Positions 35,901 to 50,900 of a stretch of 64,000 nucleotides of DNA are shown piece after piece (positions within the stretch are counted from its first letter, which is position 1; every line of letters begins with the position of its first letter). The notes under the pieces were generated by a model. It was not told the origin of the DNA. It made no database searches and was given only the letters and a program-made list of their open reading frames with translations. Origin of the DNA: Balanoglossus misakiensis (lineage: Eukaryota; Animalia; Hemichordata); NCBI GenBank assembly GCA_040954595.2, contig CM082592.2:496001-560000 (forward strand). Direction: 5' to 3'. The position numbers were made by a program, and so were the translations under genes.

Positions 35901-38900
35901 ATTCTTATTTATTTTGTAAAAAAGAAAATTTTTCGAAAAAAAGTTGAAAATGGTAATTTTGTCTTGGGTGATTCAAATTATACCGCCTTTTCTGGAATTT
36001 GCAGCACTTTTTGCAAGAGAACGACACTTCATGCTCCATAATATTTCCGAAAATGAAGAAAAGAGTTAATTTTTTATGATTTTTAAAAAACTTACGATTT
36101 TTGTCAAAATATGGCCAAAATGGCTATTTTTTCTTGAATTCCGTCAATATATCTGCATTTTTGGAGTGGTCGAAAGTTTTAACATACAATCAACATGTCA
36201 TATATGATCAGGGCACCAAATTCGAAGAACAAAGGTTTTTTTTCTTTTTTTTTCTTCTAAAAATGACATTTTCAAGGAAAATTTGGTAAAACGCAATTTT
36301 GTCTGCAGTGAGCCAAATTAGACGGTCTTTTGTGGAATTTGTATCGATATATACATACGAAGAGCATTCTATACTCCATCAGATTTCCGAAAATGTAGAA
36401 AACAGGTATTTTTTGTAATTTTCAAAAATTTACCGTTTTGACCAAATTGTGGCTAAAATTGTTATTTTCGTGTTGAATGCCGCCAGTGTCACTGCTTTTA
36501 AAAGTCATAAAAACTTTTAACATACAAGCAATTGTTTATATATGATCAGGTCACCGAATTTATAAAATAAAGAATGTTTTGCCTAAAAATGACCTTTTTG
36601 GTGCAAAAACGAATAAAACGCAATTTTGTATTAAATCAGCTCATTCAGAGTGCATTTTTTATAATCAGCACAATGTTTACATATAATGGAAATTTCATAC
36701 ATCATCAGATATCCAAATATGAAAAAATGATTTAGATTTTAGATGATTGTCCAAAATTAGCTGATATCTAACAAATGTAGTATTGAACCGTTCTGTTCCC
36801 CCCCCTCTTACATTATATGCGGTAGGCCGATGTCAGCTTACCCGGCAGTACTGTAGGCCGTGCCCCCAACAAACGTCGGTGTTTGAAACGCCCTGGTTAA
36901 ATTCGGGCTTTCTCTATAAATTGACAGGCAATAATTCAGTCCTACCCGAACAAATGTCGAGTGTTGACCCGCTGTGACTTACCCTCTTCGGTTTGCCCGA
37001 CTTAGCCAACGTCTTTGTACTAGAGTGTCGGGTCTTTTGCAGAGCCAGGCCGAAGGAAATCCGACTTGATCACCGTTGCTAACGAACGCTAGTGTCTGTC
37101 ATGGTGTGCCGGGGTTTTAGTCGAGCCAGGCCGTAGGAGATCTGACTTGATCATCGTGGTCAATGTACGCGTGTTTCCGCTCTAAAGTGCCGGGGCTTCA
37201 GCTAAACCAGGCCGTAGGAAATCCGACGTAATCACCGTTGATAACTTACGCCAGTCTGTGTCATATAGAGCCGGTGCACAAGCCGAGTCACGCCGTAGGA
37301 AATCTGGCTTGATCAACGTGGTCAATGTACGCCTGTTTCTGCTCTAGAGTGCCGGGGCTTCAGCTGAGCCAGGCCGTAGGAAACCCGACGTGATTACCGT
37401 TGTTAACTTACGCCAGTCTGTGTCCTATATATAGTGCCGGGGCATCAGCCGTGCCAGGCCGAAGGAAATGTGAGTAGATCAACGTGGTCTCTGTACGCGT
37501 GTTTCTGCTCTAGAGTGTCGGGGCTTTATCCAAGCCATGCCGTAGAAAATCTGACTTGATCACCGTTGCTAACGTACGCTAGTGTCTGTAATATTGTGAC
37601 GGAGATTTAGCCGAGCCAGGCCGTAGAAAAATCGACTCGTTCAACGTTACCAGTGTGCAACTGTTTCTGCTCTAGAGTGTCAGGGTTTTAGCCGACTTAT
37701 GCTGTAGGAAATCTGAGTTGATGAACGGGAATTTAATGTTAGAAAACCCGTGTGGAAAGTATCTCTACCCGTTTGAAACTAAGAAAAGAATTTATTCTTA
37801 TTTATTTTGTAAAAAAGACAATTTTTCGAAAAAAAGTCGAAAATGGTAATTTTGTCTTGGGTGATTCAAATTATACCACCTTTTCTGGAATTTGCAGCAC
37901 TTTTTACAAGAGAACGACACTTCATGCTCCATAATATTTCCGAAAATGAAGAAAAGAGTTTATTTTTTATGATTTTTTAAAAAATTACCATTTTTGTCAA
38001 AATATGGCCAAAATGGCTATTTTTCTTGAATTCCGTCAATATCTCTGCATTTTTGGAGTGGTCGAGAGTTTTAACATACAATCAACATGTCATATATGAT
38101 CAGGGCACCAAATTCGAAGAACAAAGGTTTTTTTATTTTTTTTTTCTAAAAATGACATTTTCAAGGAAAATTTGGTAAAACGCAATTTTGTCTGCAGTGA
38201 GCCATATTAGACTGTCTTTTTTTTGGAATTTGTATCGATATATACATACGAAGGGCATTCTATACTCCATCAGATTTCCAAAAATGTAGAAAACAGGTAT
38301 TTGTTGTAATTTTCAAAAATTTTCCATTTTGACCAAATTGTGCTAAAATTGTTATTTTCGTGTTGAATGCCGCCAGTGTCACTGCTTTTAAAAGTCATAA
38401 AAACTTTTAACATACAAGCAATTCTTTATATATGATCAGGTCACCGAATTAAAAAATAAAGAATGTTTTGCCTAAAAATGACCTTTTAGGTGCAAAAACG
38501 AATAAAACGTAATTTTGTATTAAATCAGCTCATTCAGAGTGCATTTTTTATAATCAGCACCATTTTTACATATAATTGAAATTTCATACATCATTAGATA
38601 TCCAAATATGAAAAAATGATTTAGATTTTAGATGATTGTCCAAAATTAGCTGATATCTAATAAATGTAGTATTGAACCGTTCTGTTTGCCCCCCCCCCCC
38701 CCTTACATTATATGCGGTACGCCGATGTCAGCTTACCCGGCAGTACTGCAGGCCGTGCCCCCAACTAACGTCGGTGTTTGAAACGCCCTGGTTAAATTCG
38801 GGCTTTCTCTATAAATTGACAGGCAATAATGCAGTCCTACCCGAACAAATGTCGAGTGTTGACCCGCTGTGACTTACCATCTTCGGTTTGCCCGACTTAG

Positions 38901-41900
38901 CCAACGTCTTTGTACTAGAGTGTCAGGTCTTTTGCAGAGCCAGGCCGAAGGAAATCCGACTTGATCACCGTTGCTAACGAACGCTAGTGTCTGTCATGGT
39001 GTGCCGGGGTTTTAGTCGAGCCAGGCCGCAGGAGATCTGACTTGATCATCGTGGTCAATGTACGCGTGTTTCCGCTCTAAAGTGCCGGGGCTTCAGCGAA
39101 ACCAGACCGTAGGAAATCCGACGTAATCACCGTTGATAACTTACGCCAGTCTGTGTCATATAGAGCCGGTGCACAAGCCGAGTCACGCCGTAGGAAATCT
39201 GACTTGATCAACGTGGTCAATGTACGCCTGTTTCTGCTCTAGAGTGCCGGGGCTTCAGCTGAGCCAGGCCGTAGGAAACCCGACGTAATCACCGTTGATA
39301 ACTTACGCCAGTCTGTGTCATATAGAGCCGGTGCACAAGCCGAGTCACGCCGTAGGAAATCTGACTTGATCAACGTGGTCAATGTACGCCTGTTTCTGCT
39401 CTAGAGTGCCGGGGCTTCAGCTGAGCCAGGCCGTAGGAAACCCGACGTGATTACCGTTGTTAACTTACGCCAGTCTGTGTCCTATATATAGTGCCGGGGC
39501 ATCAGCCGTGCCAGGCCGAAGGAAATGTGAGTAGATCAACGTGGTCTCTGTACGCGTGTTTCTGCTCTAGAGTGCCAGGGCTTTAGCCAAGCCATGCCGT
39601 AGGAAATCTGACTTGATCAACGTTGCTAACGAACGCTAGTGTCTGTCATAGTGTGCCGGGGTTTTAGTCGAGCCAAGCCGTAGGAGATCAGACTTGATCA
39701 ACGTGGTCTCTGTACGCGTGTTTCTGCTCTAGAGTGCCGGGGCTTTATCCAAGCCATGCCGTAGAAAATCTGACTTCATCAACGTTGCTAACGTACGCTA
39801 GTGTCTGTCATATTGTGACGGAGATTTAGCCGAGCCAGGCCATAGAAAAATCGACTTGTTCAACGTTACCAGTGTGCAACTGTTTCTGCTCTAGAGTGTC
39901 AGGGTTTTAGCCGACTTATGCTGTAGGAAATCTGAGTTGATGAACGGGAATTCAATGTTAGAAAACCCTTGTGGAAAGTATCTCTACCCGTTTGAAACTA
40001 AGAAAAGAATTTATTCTTATTTATTTTGTAAAAAAGACAATTTTTCGAAAAAAAGTCGAAAATGGTAATTTTGTCTTGGGTGATTCAAATTATACCGCCT
40101 TTTCTGGAATTTGCAGCACTTCTTACAAGAGAACGACACTTCATGCTCCATAATATTTCGGAAAATGAAGAAAAGAGTTATTTTTTTATGATTTTTTAAA
40201 AATTTACCATTTTTGTCAAAATATGGCCAAAATGGCTATTTTTTCTTGAATTCCGTCAATATATCTGCATTTTTGGAGTGGTCGAAAGTTTTAACATACA
40301 ATCAACATGTCATATATGATCAGGGCACCAAATTCGAAGAACAAAGGTTTTTTTATTTTTTTTTCTTCTAAAAATGACATTTTCAAGGAAAATTTGGTAA
40401 AACGCAATTTTGTCTGCAATGAGCCAAATTAGACGGTCTTTTGTGGAATTTGTATCGATATATACATACGAAGAGCATTCTATACTCCATCAGATTTCCG
40501 AAAATGTAGAAAACAGGTATTTTTTTGTAATTTTCAAAAATTTACCATTTTGACCAAATTGTGGCTAAAATTTTTATTTTCGTGTTGAATGCCGCCAGTG
40601 TCACTGCTTTTAAAAGTCATAAAAACTTTTAACATACAAGCAATTGTTTATATATGATCAGGTCACCGAATTAAAAAAATAAAGAATGTTTTGCCTAAAA
40701 ATGACCTTTTTGGTGCAAAAACGAATAAAACGCAATTTTGTATTAAATCAGAATGCATTTTTTATAATCAGCACCATTTTTACATGTAATGGAAATTTCA
40801 TACATCATCAGATATCCAAATATAAAAAAAATGATTTAGATTTTAGATGATTGTCCAAAATTAGCTGATATCTAATAAATGTAGTATTGAACCGTTCTGC
40901 CCCCCCCCCCCTACATTATATGCGGTACGCCGATGTCAGCTTACCCGGCAGTACTGCAGGCCGTGCCCCCAACTAACGTCGGTGTTTGAAACGCCCTGGT
41001 TAAATTCGAGCTTTCTCTATAAATTGACAGGCAATAATGCAGTCCTACCCGAACAAATGTCAAGTGTTAAACTGCTGTGACTTTCCCTCTTCGGTTTGCC
41101 CGACTTAGCCAACGTCTTTGTACTAGAGTGTCGGGTCTTTTGCAGAGCCAGGCCGAAGGAAATCCGACTTGATCACCGTTGCTAACGAACGCTAGTGTCT
41201 ATCATGGTGTGCCGGGGTTTTAGTCGAGCCAGGCCGTAGGAGATCTGACTTGATCATCGTGGTCAATGTACGCGTGTTTCCGCTCTAAAGTACCGGGGCT
41301 TCAGGTAAACCAGGCCGTAGGAAATCCGACGTAATCACCGTTGATAACTTACGCCAGTCTGTGTCATATAGAGCCGGTGCACCAGCCGAGTCACGCCGTA
41401 GGAAATCTGACTTGATCAACGTGGTCAATGTACGCCTGTTTCTGCTCTAGAGTGCCGGGGCTTCAGCTGAGCCAGGCCGTAGGAAACCCGACGTAATCAC
41501 CGTTGATAACTTACGCCAGTCTGTGTCATATAGAGCCGGTGCACCAGCCGAGTCACGCCGTAGGAAATCTGACTTGATCAACGTGGTCAATGTACGCCTG
41601 TTTCTGCTCTAGAGTGCCGGGGCTTCAGCTGAGCCAGGCAGTAGGAAACCCGACGTGATTACCGTTGTTAACTTACGCCAGTCTGTGTCATATATATAGT
41701 GCCGGGGCATCAGCCGTGCCAGGCCGAAGGAAATGTGAGTAGATCAACGTAGTCTCTGTACGCGTGTTTCTGCTCTAGAGTGCCAGGGCTTTAGCCAAGC
41801 CATGCCGTAGGAAATCTGACTTGATCAACGTTGCTAACGAACGCTAGTGTCTGTCATAGTGTGCCGGGGTTTTAGTCGAGCCAAGCCGTAGGAGATCAGA

Positions 41901-44900
41901 CTTGATCAACGTGGTCTCTGCACGCGTGTTTCTGCTCTAGAGTGCCGGGGCTTTATCCAAGCCATGCCGTAGAAAATCTGACTTGATCACCGTTGCTAAC
42001 GTACGCTAGTGTCTGTAATATTGTGACGGAGATTTAGCCGAGCCAGGCCGTAGAAAAATCGACTCGTTCAACGTTACAAGTGTGCAACTGTTTCTGCTCT
42101 AGAGTGTCAGGGTTTTAGCCGACTTATGCTGTAGGAAATCTGAGTTGATGAACGGGAATTTAATGTTAGAAAACCCGTGTGGAAAGTATCTCTACCCGTT
42201 TGAAACTAAGAAAAGAATTTATTCTTATTTATTTTGTAAAAAAGACAATTTTTCGAAAAAAAGTCGAAAATGGTAATTTTGTCTTGGGTGATTCAAATTA
42301 TACCACCTTTTCTGGAATTTGCAGCACTTTTTACAAGAGAACGACACTTCATGCTCCATAATATTTCCGAAAATGAAGAAAAGAGTTTATTTTTTATGAT
42401 TTTTTAAAAATTTACCATTTTTGTCAAAATATGGCCAAAATGGCTATTTTGTCTTGAATTCCGTCAATATCTCTGCATTTTTGGAGTTGTCGAAAGTTTT
42501 AACATAAAATCAACATGTCATATATGATCAGGGCACCAAATTCGAAGAACAAAGGTTTTTTTTATTTTTTTTTCTAAAAATGACATTTTCAAGGAAAATT
42601 TGGTAAAACGCAATTTTGTCTGCAGTGAGCCATATTAGACTGTCTTTTTTTTGGAATTTGTATCGATATATACATACGAAGAGCATTCTATACTCCATCA
42701 GATTTCCGAAAATGTAGAAAACAGGTATTTTTTGTAATTTTCAAAAATTTACCATTTTGACCAAATTGTGCTAAAATTGTTATTTTCGTGTTGAATGCCG
42801 CCAGTGTCACTGCTTTTAAAAGTCATAAAAACTTTTAACATACAAGCAATTCTTTATATATGATCAGGTCACCGAATTAAAAAAATAAAGAATGTTTTGC
42901 CTAAAAATGACCTTTTAGGTGCAAAAACGAATAAAACGTAATTTTGTATTAAATCAGCTCATTCAGAGTGCATTTTTTATAATCAGCACCATTTTTACAT
43001 ATAATTGAAATTTCATACATCATTAGATATCCAAATATGAAAAAATGATTTAGATTTTAGATGATTGTCCAAAATTAGCTGATATCTAATAAATGTAGTA
43101 TTGAACCGTTCTGTTTGCCCCCCCCCCCCCCCCTTACATTATATGCGGTACGCCGATGTCAGCTTACCCGGCAGTACTGCAGGCCGTGCCCCCAACTAAC
43201 GTCGGTGTTTGGAACGCCCTGGTTAAATTCGGGCTTTCTCTATAAATTGACAGGCAATAATGCAGTCCTACCCGAACAAATGTCGAGTGTTGACCCGCTG
43301 TGACTTACCATCTTCGGTTTGCCCGACTTAGCCAACGTCTTTGTACTAGAGTGTCAGGTCTTTTGCAGAGCCAGGCCGAAGGAAATCCGACTTGATCACC
43401 GTTGCTAACGAACGCTAGTGTCTGTCATGGTGTGCCGGGGTTTTAGTCGAGCCAGGCCGTAGGAGATCTGACTTGATCATCGTGGTCAATGTACGCCTGT
43501 TTCTGCTCTAGAGTGCCGGGGCTTCAGCAAAACCAGGCCGTAGGAAACCCGACGTGATTACCGTTGTTAACTTACGCCAGTCTGTGTCCTATATATAGTG
43601 CCGGGGCATCAGCCGTGCCAGGCCGAAGGAAATGTGAGTAGATCAACGTGGTCTCTGTACGCGTGTTTCTGCTCTAGAGTGCCAGGGCTTTAGCCAAGCC
43701 ATGCCGTAGGAAATCTGACTTGATCAACGTTGCTAACGAACGCTAGTGTCTGTCATAGTGTGCCGGGGTTTTAGTCGAGCCAAGCCGTAGGAGATCAGAC
43801 TTGATCAACGTGGTCTCTGTACGCGTGTTTCTGCTCTAGAGTGCCGGGGCTTTATCCAAGCCATGCCGTAGAAAATCTGACTTCATCACCGTTGCTAACG
43901 TACGCTAGTGTCTGTCATATTGTGACGGAGATTTAGCCGAGCCAGGCCATAGAAAAATCGACTTGTTCAACGTTACCAGTGTGCAACTGTTTCTGCTCTA
44001 GAGTGTCAGGGTTTTAGCCGACTTATGCTGTAGGAAATCTGAGTTGATGAACGCGAATTCAATGTTAGAAAACCCTTGTGGAAAGTATCTCTACCCGTTT
44101 GAAACTAAGAAAAGAATTTATTCTTATTTATTTTGTAAAAAAGACAATTTTTCGAAAAAAAGTCGAAAATGGTAATTTTGTCTTGGGTGATTCAAATTAT
44201 ACCGCCTTTTCTGGAATTTGCTGCACTTCTTACAAGAGAACGACACTTCATGCTCCATAATATTTCGGAAAATGAAGAAAAGAGTTATTTTTTTATGATT
44301 TTTTAAAAATTTACCATTTTTGTCAAAATATGGCCAAAATGGCTATTTTTTCTTGAATTCCGTCAATATATCTGCATTTTTGGAGTGGTCGAAAGTTTTA
44401 ACATACAATCAACATGTCATATATGATCAGGGCACCAAATTCGAAAAACAAAGGTTTTTTTATTTTTTTTTCTTCTAAAAATGACATTTTCAAGGAAAAT
44501 TTGGTAAAACGCAATTTTGTCTGCAGTGAGCCAAATTAGACGGTCTTTTGTGGAATTTGTATCGATATATACATACGAAGAGCATTCTATACTCCATCAG
44601 ATTTCCGAAAATGTAGAAAACAGGTATTTTTGTGTAATTTTCAAAAATTTACCATTTTGACCAAATTGTGGCTAAAATTGTTATTTTCGTGTTGAATGCC
44701 GCCAGTGTCACTGCTTTTAAAAGTCATAAAAACTTTTAACATACAAGCAATTGTTTATATATGATCAGGTCACCGAATTAAAAAAATAAAGAATGTTTTG
44801 CCTAAAAATGACCTTTTTGGTGCAAAAACGAATAAAACGCAATTTTGTATTAAATCAGAATGCATTTTTTATAATCAGCACCATTTTTACATGTAATGGA

Positions 44901-47900
44901 AATTTCATACATCATCAGATATCCAAATATAAAAAAAATGATTTAGATTTTAGATGATTGTCCAAAATTAGCTGATATCTAATAAATGTAGTATTGAACC
45001 GTTCTGTCCCCCCCCCCCCCCTACATTATATGCGGTACGCCGATGTCAGCTTACCCGGCAGTACTGCAGGCCGTGCCCCCAACTAACGTCGGTGTTTGAA
45101 ACGCCCTGGTTAAATTCGAGCTTTCTCTATAAATTGACAGGCAATAATGCAGTCCTACCCGAACAAATGTCAAGTGTTAAACTGCTGTGACTTTCCCTGT
45201 TCGGTTTGCCCGACTTAGCCAACGTCTTTGTACTAGAGTGTCGGGTCTTTTGCAGAGCCAGGCCGAAGGAAATCCGACTTGATCACCGTTGCTAACGAAC
45301 GCTAGTGTCTGTCATGGTGTGCCGGGGTTTTAGTCGAGCCAGGCCGTAGGAGATCTGACTTGATCATCGTGGTCAATGTACGCGTGTTTCCGCTCTAAAG
45401 TGCCGGGGCTTCAGCTAAACCAGGCCGTAGGAAATCCGACGTAATCACCGTTGATAACTTACGCCAGTCTGTGTCATATAGAGCCGGTGCACCAGCCGAG
45501 TCACGCCGTAGGAAATCTGACTTGATCAACGTGGTCAATGTACGCCTGTTTCTGCTCTAGAGTGCCGGGGCTTCAGCTGAGCCAGGCCGTAGGAAACCCG
45601 ACGTGATTACCGTTGTTAACTTACGCCAGTCTGTGTCCTATATATAGTGCCGGGGCATCAGCCGTGCCAGGCCGAAGGAAATGTGAGTAGATCAACGTGG
45701 TCTCTGTACGCGTGTTTCTGCTCTAGAGTGCCAGGGCTTTAGCCAAGCCATGCCGTAGGAAATCTGACTTGATCAACGTTGCTAACGAACGCTAGTGTCT
45801 GTCATAGTGTGCCGGGGTTTTAGTCGAGCCAAGCCGTAGGAGATCAGACTTGATCAACGTGGTCTCTGTACGCGTGTTTCTGCTCTAGAGTGCCGGGGCT
45901 TTATCGAAGCCATGCCGTAGAAAATCTGACTTGATCACCGTTGCTAACGTACGCTAGTGTCTGTCATATTGTGACGGAGATTTAGCCGAGCCAGGCCATA
46001 GAAAAATCGACTTGTTCAACGTTACCAGTGTGCAACTGTTTCTGCTCTAGAGTGTCAGGGTTTTAGCCGACTTATGCTGTAGGAAATCTGAGTTGATGAA
46101 CGGGAATTCAATGTTAGAAAACCCTTGTGGAAAGTATCTCTACCCGTTTGAAACTAAGAAAAGAATTTATTCTTATTTATTTAGTAAAAAAGACAATTTT
46201 TCGAAAAAAAGTCGAAAATGGTAATTTTGTCTTGGGTGATTCAAATTATACCGCCTTTTCTGGAATTTGCTGCACTTCTTACAAAAGAACGACACTTCAT
46301 GCTCCATAATATTTCGGAAAATAAAGAAAAGAGTTATGTTTTTATGATTTTTTAAAAAATTACCATTTTTGTCAAAATATGGCCAAAATGGCTATTTTTT
46401 TTGAATTCCGTCAATATCTCTGCATTTTTGGAGTGGTCGAAAGTTTTAACATACAATCAACATGTCATTATGATCGGGGCACCAAATTCGAAGAACAAAG
46501 GTTTTTTAATTTTTTTTCTAAAAATGACATTTTCAAGGAAAAATTGGTAAAACGCAATTTTGTCTGCAGTGAGCCAGATTAGACGGTCTTTTGTGGAATT
46601 TGTATCGATATAAACATACGAAGAGCATTCTATACTCCATGAGATTTCCGAAAATGTAGAAAACAGGTATTTTTTGTAATTTTCAAAAATTTTCCATTTT
46701 GACCAAATTGTGCTAAAATTGTTATTTTCGTGTTGAATGCCGCCAGTGTCACTGCTTTTAAAAGTCATAAAAACTTTTAACATACAAGCAATTATTTATA
46801 TATGATCTGGTCACCGAATTAAAAAAAAAAGAATGTTTTGCCTAAAAATGTCCTTTTAGGTGCAAAAACGAATAAAACGCAATTTTGTATTAAATCAGAA
46901 TGCATTTTTTATAATCAGCACCATTTTTACATGTAATGGAAATTTCATACATCATCAGATATCCAAATATAAAAAAAATGATTTAGATTTTAGATGATTG
47001 TCCAAAATTAGCTGATATCTAATAAATGTAGTATTGAACCGTTCTGTCCCCCCCCCCCCCTACATTATATGCGGTACGCCGATGTCAGCTTACCCGGCAG
47101 TACTGCAGGCCGTGCCCCCAACTAACGTCGGTGTTTGAAACGCCCTGGTTAAATTCGAGCTTTCTCTATAAATTGACAGGCAATAATGCAGTCCTACCCG
47201 AACAAATGTCAAGTGTTAAACTGCTGTGACTTTCCCTGTTCGGTTTGGCCGACTTAGCCAACGTCTTTGTACTAGAGTGTCGGGTCTTTTGCAGAGCCAG
47301 GCCGAAGGAAATCCGACTTGATCACCGTTGCTAACGAACGCTAGTGTCTGTCATGGTGTGCCGGGGTTTTAGTCGAGCCAGGCCGTAGGAGATCTGACTT
47401 GATCATCGTGGTCAATGTACGCGTGTTTCCGCTCTAAAGTGCCGGGGCTTCAGCTAAACCAGGCCGTAGGAAATCCGACGTAATCACCGTTGATAACTTA
47501 CGCCAGTCTGTGTCATATAGAGCCGGTGCACCAGCCGAGTCACGCCGTAGGAAATCTGACTTGATCAACGTGGTCAATGTACGCCTGTTTCTGCTCTAGA
47601 GTGCCGGGGCTTCAGCTGAGCCAGGCCGTAGGAAACCCGACGTGATTACCGTTGTTAACTTACGCCAGTCTGTGTCCTATATATAGTGCCGGGGCATCAG
47701 CCGTGCCAGGCCGAAGGAAATGTGAGTAGATCAACGTGGTCTCTGTACGCGTGTTTCTGCTCTAGAGTGCCAGGGCTTTAGCCAAGCCATGCCGTAGGAA
47801 ATCTGACTTGATCAACGTTGCTAACGAACGCTAGTGTCTGTCATAGTGTGCCGGGGTTTTAGTCGAGCCAAGCCGTAGGAGATCAGACTTGATCAACGTG

Positions 47901-50900
47901 GTCTCTGTACGCGTGTTTCTGCTCTAGAGTGCCGGGGCTTTATCTAAGCCATGCCGTAGAAAATCTGACTTGATCACCGTTGCTAACGTACGCTAGTGTC
48001 TGTCATATTGTGACGGAGATTTAGCCGAGCCAGGCCATAGAAAAATCGACTTGTTCAACGTTACCAGTGTGCAACTGTTTCTGCTCTAGAGTGTCAGGGT
48101 TTTAGCCGACTTATGCTGTAGGAAATCTGAGTTGATGAACGGGAATTCAATGTTAGAAAACCCTTGTGGAAAGTATCTCTACCCGTTTGAAACTAAGAAA
48201 AGAATTTATTCTTATTTATTTAGTAAAAAAGACAATTTTTCGAAAAAAAGTCGAAAATGGTAATTTTGTCTTGGGTGATTCAAATTATACCGCCTTTTCT
48301 GGAATTTGCTGCACTTCTTACAAGAGAACGACACTTCATGCTCCATAATATTTCGGAAAATAAAGAAAAGAGTTATGTTTTTATGATTTTTTAAAAAATT
48401 ACCATTTTTGTCAAAATATGGCCAAAATGGCTATTTTTTTTGAATTCCGTCAATATCTCTGCATTTTTGGAGTGGTCGAAAGTTTTAACATACAATCAAC
48501 ATGTCATTATGATCGGGGCACCAAATTCGAAGAACAAAGGTTTTTTAATTTTTTTTCTAAAAATGACATTTTCAAGGAAAAATTGGTAAAACGCAATTTT
48601 GTCTGCAGTGAGCCAAATTAGACGGTCTTTTGTGGAATTTGTATCGATATAAACATACGAAGAGCATTCTATACTCCATGAGATTTCCGAAAATGTAGAA
48701 AACAGGTATTTTTTGTAATTTTCAAAAATTTTCCATTTTGACCAAATTGTGCTAAAATTGTTATTTTCGTGTTGAATGCCGCCAGTGTCACTGCTTTTAA
48801 AAGTCATAAAAACTTTTAACATACAAGCAATTCTTTATATATGATCAGGTCACCGAATTAAAAAAAAAAGAATGTTTTGCCTAAAAATGACCTTTTAGGT
48901 GCAAAAACTAATAAAACGCAATTTTGTATTAAATCAGAATGCATTTTTTATAATCAGCACCATTTTTACATGTAATGGAAATTTCATACATCATCAGATA
49001 TCCAAATATAAAAAAAATGATTTAGATTTTAGATGATTGTCCAAAATTAGCTGATATCTAATAAATGTAGTATTGAACCGTTCTGTCCCCCCCCCCTACA
49101 TTATATGCGGTACGCCGATGTCAGCTTACCCGGCAGTACTGCAGGCCGTGCCCCCAACTAACGTCGGTGTTTGAAACGCCCTGGTTAAATTCGAGCTTTC
49201 TCTATAAATTGACAGGCAATAATGCAGTCCTACCCGAACAAATGTCAAGTGTTAAACTGCTGTGACTTTCCCTCTTCGGTTTGCCCGACTTAGCCAACGT
49301 CTTTGTACTAGAGTGTCGGGTCTTTTGCAGAGCCAGGCCGAAGGAAATCCGACTTGATCACCGTTGCTAACGAACGCTAGTGTCTATCATGGTGTGCCGG
49401 GGTTTTAGTCGAGCCAGGCCGTAGGAGATCTGACTTGATCATCGTGGTCAATGTACGCGTGTTTCCGCTCTAAAGTACCGGGGCTTCAGGTAAACCAGGC
49501 CGTAGGAAATCCGACGTAATCACCGTTGATAACTTACGCCAGTCTGTGTCATATAGAGCCGGTGCACCAGCCGAGTCACGCCGTAGGAAATCTGACTTGA
49601 TCAACGTGGTCAATGTACGCCTGTTTCTGCTCTAGAGTGCCGGGGCTTCAGCTGAGCCAGGCAGTAGGAAACCCGACGTGATTACCGTTGTTAACTTACG
49701 CCAGTCTGTGTCATATATATAGTGCCGGGGCATCAGCCGTGCCAGGCCGAAGGAAATGTGAGTAGATCAACGTGGTCTCTGTACGCGTGTTTCTGCTCTA
49801 GAGTGCCAGGGCTTTAGCCAAGCCATGCCGTAGGAAATCTGACTTGATCAACGTTGCTAACGAACGCTAGTGTCTGTCATAGTGTGCCGGGGTTTTAGTC
49901 GAGCCAAGCCGTAGGAGATCAGACTAGATCAACGTGGTCTCTGCACGCGTGTTTCTGCTCTAGAGTGCCGGGGCTTTATCCAAGCCATGCCGTAGAAAAT
50001 CTGACTTGATCACCGTTGCTAACGTACGCTAGTGTCTGTCATATTGTGACGGAGATTTAGCCGAGCCAGGCCATAGAAAAATCGACTTGTTCAACGTTAC
50101 CAGTGTGCAACTGTTTCTGCTCTAGAGTGTCAGGGTTTTAGCCGACTTATGCTGTAGGAAATCTGAGTTGATGAACGGGAATTCAATGTTAGAAAACCCT
50201 TGTGGAAAGTATCTCTACCCGTTTGAAACTAAGAAAAGAATTTATTCTTATTTATTTAGTAAAAAAGACAATTTTTCGAAAAAAAGTCGAAAATGGTAAT
50301 TTTGTCTTGGGTGATTCAAATTATACCGCCTTTTCTGGAATTTGCTGCACTTCTTACAAGAGAACGACACTTCATGCTCCATAATATTTCGGAAAATAAA
50401 GAAAAGAGTTATGTTTTTATGATTTTTTAAAAAATTACCATTTTTGTCAAAATATGGCCAAAATGGCTATTTTTTCTTGAATTCCGTCAATATCTCTGCA
50501 TTTTTGGAGTGGTCGAAAGTTTTAACATACAATCAACATGTCATTATGATCGGGGCACCAAATTCGAAGAACAAAGGTTTTTTTATTTTTTTTTCTAAAA
50601 ATGACATTTTCAAGGAAAATTTGGTAAAACGCAATTTTGTCTGCAGTGAGCCAAATTAGACGGTCTTTTGTGGAATTTGTATCGATATATACATACGAAG
50701 AGCATTCTATACTCCATCAGATTTCCGAAAATGTAGAAAACAGGTATTTTTTGTAATTTTCAAAAATTTACCGTTTTGACCAAATTGTGGCTAAAATTGT
50801 TATTTTCGTGTTGAATGCCGCCAGTGTCACTGCTTTTAAAAGTCATAAAAACTTTTAACATACAAGCAATTGTTTATATATGATCAGGTCACCGAATTTA

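Noticed and set aside
45262-46090. 81-bp monomer (27 codons) as a repeat-protein exon
   Set aside because: The frames I translated on both strands hit stops within one or two monomers, and one monomer is 85 bp, which breaks frame.
45262-46090. CRISPR-like repeat-spacer array
   Set aside because: Whole monomers are homologous, there are no unique spacers or cas genes, and the context is eukaryotic (spliceosomal introns).
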